64,000 nt of DNA from Camelus dromedarius (taxonomy: Eukaryota): NCBI RefSeq assembly GCF_036321535.1, contig NC_087436.1, forward strand, positions 4,340,001-4,404,000, in the 5' to 3' direction. The position numbers and the translations under genes are program-made. A model generated the notes under the pieces. It was given only the letters and a program-made list of their open reading frames with translations. It was not told the origin of the DNA and ran no database searches. Of the stretch, positions 56,756 to 64,000 are shown in pieces. Each line of letters starts with the position of its first letter. Position 1 is the stretch's first letter.

Positions 56756-59700
56756 CGGAACGACAATGGAGGAGAAGGGTGGCTAGATTTCCCTTCGGCA
56801 GCAAGAGATGCCTCTACCTCTACTGAGAGGGAAGAAAGGAAGCACTGAAGTTCCTGTGGGTTATGCAGTTCAAGAGGGGAGACCTCCTTTAAAGGTTTCT
56901 CTTTCAGCAATAAAGAGAGAGAAATGAATGAAGTGAAAATGAGATGACACAGAAAATGTGTCTGTAAGTGAGGAGGAGTGGCAGGGTGGTAGGTTTGTAT
57001 GCTAAGGTCGTACTTGGGAGAATCTGTTGAGGGCAGTGGGAGAGCCGGCTGGACATAAAGGGGTTTCTGGGTTGCACCAAAGACACAGGTGGGGCTGGTG
57101 GGGCTGGAGACCATGGCTTTGTGGAGGCACCTGCCTCCACTCCTGTTAGGTTTTCTCCAGCCCGGCAGGAGAGTTGGGGCTACGCTACCAGAACAGCCAG
57201 TTGATGGTCTCAATCCAGGTGAGGCTCACAGGGCCTTTTAGTGGGATGAACAAGGAGTGGGATTCCTGCTAAAATGTTCTGTATGGATGTGGATCCATGC
57301 CAGCCGACAGATGGCTTTAGATTGTGCTCCACATAGTGTGGACACAAAGAGTTTGCACACAGGGTGGAAATGCAGGACCAGAGGGGCAAAAATAAAAGCC
57401 TGATTTCTTGTTTTATTTATTGAAATACAGTCAGTTACAATGTGTCAGTTTCTGGTGTACAGCATCATGTCCCAGTCACACACACACACACACATATATT
57501 CATTTTCATATTCTTTTTTTATTAAAGGTTATTACAAGATACTGAAGATAGGTCCCTGTGCTATACAGAAGAAGTTTATCTTTTATCTATTTTTATATAT
57601 AGTAGTTAGCGCTTACAAATCTCAAACTCCCAAGTAATTGACTTTTAATCCATAAAACTTCAATGAAATATGAAGGATTGCTTATGTATTTTACTGCAGT
57701 CTTTAAGTGGGGCTATGGCACTGCCCTAAACTAGCATTTGTATGTCTAACAGCTCTTCCAAAAGATGACAGCTAATTCCATCCCCATGTGCTGGTTTGCC
57801 GTCTTAGAAAAACAGCCTAAGTTCCTGAACTTGAAATGGTGATAACATAGTTTTGTTTTTCACATGTCATGAATTTTATTTAACTCCATTTTGCTCTCTG
57901 GAAAGGACAGAGTTACCAGAGGGAATTCATATCTTTTTGGAAAAATTTCCCTTGGCTTTCTCAGCTAACTTACCGCTCATGATGCAAAACCGTTCTGTCT
58001 GATGTAAAATTGTCAAAGTGCGAAACTTCAATATCAGAAGGAACATGGTGCTAAATTTAAACTGGGAAAGGACTTTACAATCAGAGAGTCTATTTTGTGC
58101 TCTTAGTAATAATAGAGAGTGACATGTCTTTGCCACTAGCTGACTTTTCCGTGTCGCTTCTGCAGCCAGCAGCCACAATGCTGTATGTTGACCTCGATGG
58201 ATGGTGACACATCTCATTAATTATGTGGACACAAACCCCCTTTATGAGTAGGGGGTGGGGTGGGGGGGACGTTTCTTGTCATTTTAGCTGTGTGCCACAC
58301 CAGATATCTCATCTGTTCTCACTGATTTCAGTGAGAGCCTGTTCACTTTTGTGTTGTGGCTGTTTCATGTGTTGCTTGTTTATAAGTGTCTTTGTGGACA
58401 TACTTAGGTGGATGTGTATATGTAGGTTGGCTTGTGCGCTTTGGGGCTAAGGTCCTAGCCTTAGCTGATCACTGCAGTCACTAAAAAGCACTGAGCAGTA
58501 ATTTAGCCACTTGCAGGGTTAAGTCGGCTACATCCGGTAGACGCCCAACATTTCAGCTCTATTGACGTGGAAGCTGAGAAATAATGTAACGTCACGGAGC
58601 CACACACCATTAGGTATGTTAGGGCCTGGGCTGACCCTAAAGTCCCAAGTTTTCAACATACACTCAAATATTCTTCTTAAACTGTTCTCAAACTAGCTTG
58701 CAAGATTGATTGCAGATAATCAAGCAAAGAAAGTGTGTCCCATTTCCCAAGCTGAATGTATTTGAATTCCCTAACCTATATCAGTTAGCAAGGCTTTGTT
58801 AACACTTGTCTGCACCAAATTATGCCATTAACCTTTCCTTGGAAAAAAAAAAAAAGCTGTAAATTTAAGCACAATTTAAAACTATGTTCTTCTCATGTTT
58901 TAATAGATGAATTAATATTTAGTTGAATGTGTCATTTTGTTTGCCTTTCATTTTAAGATGCATTTTATTTTAAGATGCCTTTTATTTTAGGAAATAGTAC
59001 ATGAGCATCAAAAGTCAACAACAGTTGAATATTATCCAGTCAGTTTAACTGTTATGTTGAAGGCTATTGTGTGCAGTTCTAAGATCTTTAAAAGAAAGTT
59101 ACTCTCTGAAAGGGAAGCAATGGTAAGAAATAACACTTAATCTATCAGATTGATCGATAGAGAACTGTCCCCCACTAATCTATGACTTATAACTAAGCTG
59201 ATGTTCAAGGTTTGGAAACATAGAAAAACAAGGCGATATGATTTCTAGCCTTCTGACTGGAGTGATGGGAACATCCATCGAAAACAGTGATCTGAAAAAA
59301 GGAGAAAAGCCCTTTTTTCACATGAGACACTGGGCATATTTGGTTTTGTTGTTGAACTTCCTAATCTCAAAGCTCTGTGAGCAAAATATTATTGCTCCCA
59401 TTCTAGGCGAGGAAATTGAGATTTGAAGAGACTTCACTCAAGATTACAGAGCAAAAGCAAAATGTGACTCTCAGGCCACGTTCCTGATTCTACATCCACG
59501 CCACCTTTCATGGATTATGTAAAAAGGAACATTTGTCAATAAGAATTTTTTATTGTGTCTTCAGTGCTGTTGATCAGAAGTATTCTAGTTTGCCTCATAG
59601 TCCTATTCTTGTCACATTAAAAATGCTCACGTAGATGATGATGAGTTTGATAAAAGTGCCCTTCCATAACTTCCCAATCCCATGGTAACAGACATTTTTA

Positions 59701-60949
59701 GATGGTAATTTCATGACATCCTTTCCTTATTAGGTGAAGAATGCATGAACCATTCACAGGGGTAACAACTGGGGTTGGTTTATGAATTCAGATGAAGTGT
59801 ATCACGTTTCCTTTGCTTTATCGCCTCTGTGTCAGGTGACAATATGTTTCTTTACCTGCAAAGCTCAGAGCCTCCTTTTGAACCAGCATGACCATCAAGG
59901 GATCAAACTGCCCTGGGAAGGCTGACTTGCACTGGTCCTTCTGCTTTTCGCATCTCTTCTTTCTTTTAACTCAACGTGTCACACAAATAAATGTCAAAAA
60001 CAGACTGCCATTCATTTTTGTTAGTCAAAAACCAAATCAAAGATGTGTGAGAAGGAAGGAGTGTGGAGAATTATGCTTGAAGTCAGAGGAGCAAGCATCA
60101 GAATGCGCAAGCCACAGCTGTTTCCATCATCAGCTCCTCTAGAACTGGAATTCTCCCCACACGGAGAAGCTCTTTGGTGATAACATACCCCAACATGTTA
60201 CTGTAGGAACAGAGTAGCTTTTAAAAACGGGCATTTAATTTCTCTTTGAAAGTTGACAAATTTCAAAGAAAATATTTGTTTATATTAACTTTTTTTTTAT
60301 TGAGTAATAGTCATTTTGCAATGTTGTGTCAAATTCCAGTGTAGGGCACAACTTTTCAGTTATACATGAATGTATGTATGTTCATAGAAAATATTAAACA
60401 CTCTTGTTTGTCACAGTGCCTGTTCCTCTGCCAGACAAAATAATTCACCAACTAAAATAAAATTCAAGGTGACACTGAAGAGAATTTTCCTCAAATGAGG
60501 TTGATGATGTGTGGTATTTATTTACTTTCCATTTTCCACTTATACCTAAATTATAAATACTTTGCATTTATTTTTTTTCCTGATAGTGGAAAGAAAATAG
60601 AAAAGAAAAATAATTGAGTTATAAATGCTAGTCCATTATTATTTCAATTAAGCTAGCAGATAGAGCACAAGTTAGGTGCTGAGTAAAATGAGTTTTATTA
60701 GGATTATTATCCCTAAAATGAACAGTGAGAATATTTTACCCTGATCCACATTATCCTCTTTATTCCAGTAAAACCAAATTGAGCTACTTTGCAGGTGGAA
60801 CAATGGTGCCCAGGGGTGAAATCTCACAAGCTCCCTCATGCAGTCTCTGTACTACCCTGGTAGGGTCTTTTTTTTTTAACATCTCCATGCCTGTGTTCTT
60901 ACCTGTTGGTAGGAATAATACTAGAGATGTGATTTTTATATAAATAAAT

Positions 60950-61300
60950 GTTATGAACTAAATGTTTGTCTTCCTCCCCAAATTTATGTGTTGGGACCCC
61001 TGTCCCCTAATGTGGCAGTCTTAGGACATGGGGCCTTTGGGAGGCAATTAGGATTCAGCGAGGTCATGAGGATGAAGCCCCCGTGAATGGAATTAGTGCC
61101 CTTATATTATGAGAGTGGTACGAGAGTGAAGTCGTGGCTCTCTGCCACATGTGGACTGGAGAGGCTGGCAGTCTGTCGCCTGGAAGAGCGCCTTCCCCAG
61201 AGCTCAGCCCTGCTGGCCGGTAATGGTGGCGAGAACATAACTGTTGTCTGTGAACCATGCAGTCTGTGTACTGTGTTACAGCGGCCAAATGGACTAAGGC
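60950..61300 (+). mobile_element. MLT1A-type LTR
   Basis: tgttatgaactaaatgtttgtcttcctcccc...gggcctttgggaggcaattagg...gttacagcggccaaatggactaaggca. Other MLT1 copies lie at ~61590-62050 (-) and ~63285-63575 (+). Confidence 0.8.
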
Positions 61301-62074
61301 CAGTATTTATGATGTGGACTTGTGCCACCAAACACGAGATTTGTGGCTTTGTGACATGGCTTCACTGAGAACAGTACAGAATTTGCCTTCTGTTTCAGTT
61401 GGCCTGGTAGCAACACTTTCCTGGAATTATTGAGATAATGAATGTGATTCAGTTTTGCTCTGCCGCCCCAGCCTCCTCTACCCTCAGCCTCCCCTCAGCC
61501 CTCTTCTATCTGAGCCCACGTCACTCTTCCAGAGGCCATTTCAAATGCACCTCTCCTGTGTTGCTTTCACGCTTCCTGATCTCAAGGCTGCATTAGTTTC
61601 CGTGTGCTGCTGAAACAAGTTGCTACAAACTTAGTGGCTTAAAACTTCTCACTGCTCTGGAGGCCAGAAGTTCAAAATTGGGTGTCAGCAAGGCTGTGCT
61701 CCTTCCAGAAGCTCCAGGGGAGAGTCTACCCATGGATTCTTGCCGCTTCGGGTGGGTCTAGGTAATTCTTAGGGCTGTGGGAGCACCTCCCGGCCTTCAA
61801 GGACAGCACCTTCAAATCTCTCTATTAGGTTTCATAATAACCATCTCTCCCTCTGCTGTGTAGTCACCTTCTGCTTCTCTCCTATAACACCTGTGATTAG
61901 ACTGGGGACCCGATCACCTAGCCGAGAGTCATCTCCCCAAATCAAGATTATTAACTCACATCTGCAAAGGCACTTTTTCCTAAAAAGGCAAGATATACAT
62001 ATTCTATTGATGAGCGTCTGCTATCTTTGCTTTTGAGTGGCTGTTAATCAGACTAGGACATAAGTGATCTCTTC

Positions 62075-62862
62075 TTTGTTTTGTTTTTAATTGAAATATA
62101 GTCAGTTACAATGTATCAGTCTTGGAGTGCAGCACCATGTCCCAGGCATGCATATACACACATATATTCATTTTCATAGTCTTTTTCATTAAAGATTATT
62201 ACAAGATATTGAATATAGTTCCCTGTGACATACAGAAGAATATTTTAAATCTATTTTTATATATAGTGGTTAACATTTGCAAATCTCAAACTCTCAAATT
62301 TATTCCTTCCCACACTCTTTCCCTGGTAACCATAAGGTTGTTTACTATGTCTGTGAGTCTGTTTCTTTTGTAGATGAGTTCATTAGCATCCTCATTTTTC
62401 TTTCTTCTTTTTTGGTTCTACATACAAGTGATATCATGTGGTAATTTTCTTTCTCTGTCTGACTTACTTCACTTAAAATGTCTCCAGGTCCATCCATGTT
62501 GCTGCAAATGGCATTATTTTAGTCTTTTTTATGGCTGAGTATTATTCCATTGTATAAATATACCATGACTTCTTTATCCAGTCATCTGTTGATGGACATT
62601 TAAGTTGTTTCCAGTCTTGGCTATTGTAAATAGTACTGCTATGAACATTGGGGTGCAGGTATCATCCTGAAGTAGGGTTCCTTCTGGATATATGCCCAGG
62701 AGTGGGATTCCTGGGTCATATGGTAAGTCTATTCCTAGTCTTTTGAGGAAACTCAATACTGTTTTCCACAGTGGCTGCACCAAACTGCATTCCCACCAGC
62801 AGTGTAGGAGGGTTCCCTTTTCTCCACAGCCTCTCCAATATTTGTCATTTGTGGACTTTTTA
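62075..62862 (-). mobile_element. L1 3' insertion (~0.8 kb)
   Basis: ORF 62574..62783 (VQPLWKTV...[14 protein letters not shown]...CTPMFIAVLFTIAK) is the L1 ORF2 C-terminus. Confidence 0.92.
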
Positions 62863-64000
62863 TGTTACAGATAAGGATGTTGAGGCTCTGAGAAGCTAAG
62901 TAACCTGTCCAAATTCCAGTGGCTCAGAAGTGCTGGAATGAACAAGCTAAGGAGCCAGTTTCCCACTCATCATCTCCTCTGGTGTGTATGCACTGAGTCC
63001 ACGCTGGAGGTCATACACTCCTCTAGACAGCGGAGACCGAGGGGTGAACAGAAAAGTTGGTGTCCCTTCCTTCACAGAGGTGACAACCAAGTGTGAGGGA
63101 CACAGGCACTGTTCAGGCAGCCACATAAGTATATGTAAAGTGTCATCTGTAATATGTGTTATGAGGAAAGGAATGTGACAGTTTGTGTCATAAGAGGGTT
63201 AAGCATATTCTTAGGGAGGAATCCTAGAAAGCTCCCTGGGAAAAGCTCCTCAGGGTTTAGCTGAGAAGGAGGGTAGCAAAGGCACTGCTGTGGACTGAAT
63301 CATGTCCCCCCAGATTCATATGTTGAAACCCTAGTTCCCTCTAACATGATGGTGTTTGGAGATTGGTCTTTGGGAAGTAATCGAGTTTATATGAGGCCAA
63401 GCGGGTGGGGCCCTGGTCATGGGATTAGTGCCCTTATAAGGAGAGACTTGGAGAGCTGGCTCTTACCCTTACCACCTGCATGCAGACAGAGAAGAGGTTA
63501 CATGAGCACAGGCGGGCTGCCTCCAGACCACCAGCAGGGCTCTCACAGACACCAGCATGCTGGCACCTTCTTCCTGGCCTCCCTGTTGGTGTTTCCTGCT
63601 CCGTGGTGCTGTGTGGGCAGCTGAGCTGGCTGAATGGAGGGGCATACATGAGGAGACCCCTCAGCCTGTTGGAAGAGGACAAAGGCAGTGTGGTCTGTGT
63701 GCAGACCGCAAGGACTGGCACAGTTTGAATGAGGCTGTGAGGGCCCAGGCAGGGTGGGTGCACACGAGACCACTCTAGGAATGGGCTTTTGTACCGAGAG
63801 CATCAGGTGGACACGGAGACACTCAAGTCCTGCCACAGTTTTGTTCTGGAAGGATCCCTCTGGCTGCTTACAGACTGTGGAGGGGGGTGGGCATGGGGAG
63901 GGGCTGGTCCCCAGGCTCCTGCGTGCACAGCTCAGCTCACTGGGGAAGGAGCACTGAACAAATGAAGGATAAGAGGGAAGACCTGAGACGGTCTACAGAC

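Overview
Mammalian nuclear DNA, probably camelid, judging by Vic-1-type tRNA-derived SINEs and cetartiodactyl-type L1 3' ends. I can support no intact protein-coding gene, and almost all ORFs in the track are spurious. The window has three zones. (1) 1-2.9 kb: intron plus CpG-island 5' end of an unidentified gene, probably on the minus strand, with a (GGC)10 tract. (2) About 5.9-48 kb: a mosaic of duplicated material. It holds an unprocessed, frameshifted copy of JMY exon 1. It holds a 4-exon RALGDS-derived/CDRT15-type pseudogene (reconstructed 212 codons, MFCC N-terminus, Pro/Ala stalk, hydrophobic C-tail) between two ~680-bp direct repeats. It also holds a degenerate telomere-like tract, an old ~3.4-kb tandem duplication, an ~8-kb ancient tandemly duplicated NUMT (parts of three head-to-tail units), long L1s, a decayed 57-bp (19-codon) repeat and several LTRs. 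(3) About 48-64 kb: ordinary non-coding DNA with old repeats (Charlie1, MIR, MLT1, L2). Family assignments come from my recall of the sequences, not from database searches, and repeat boundaries are approximate.
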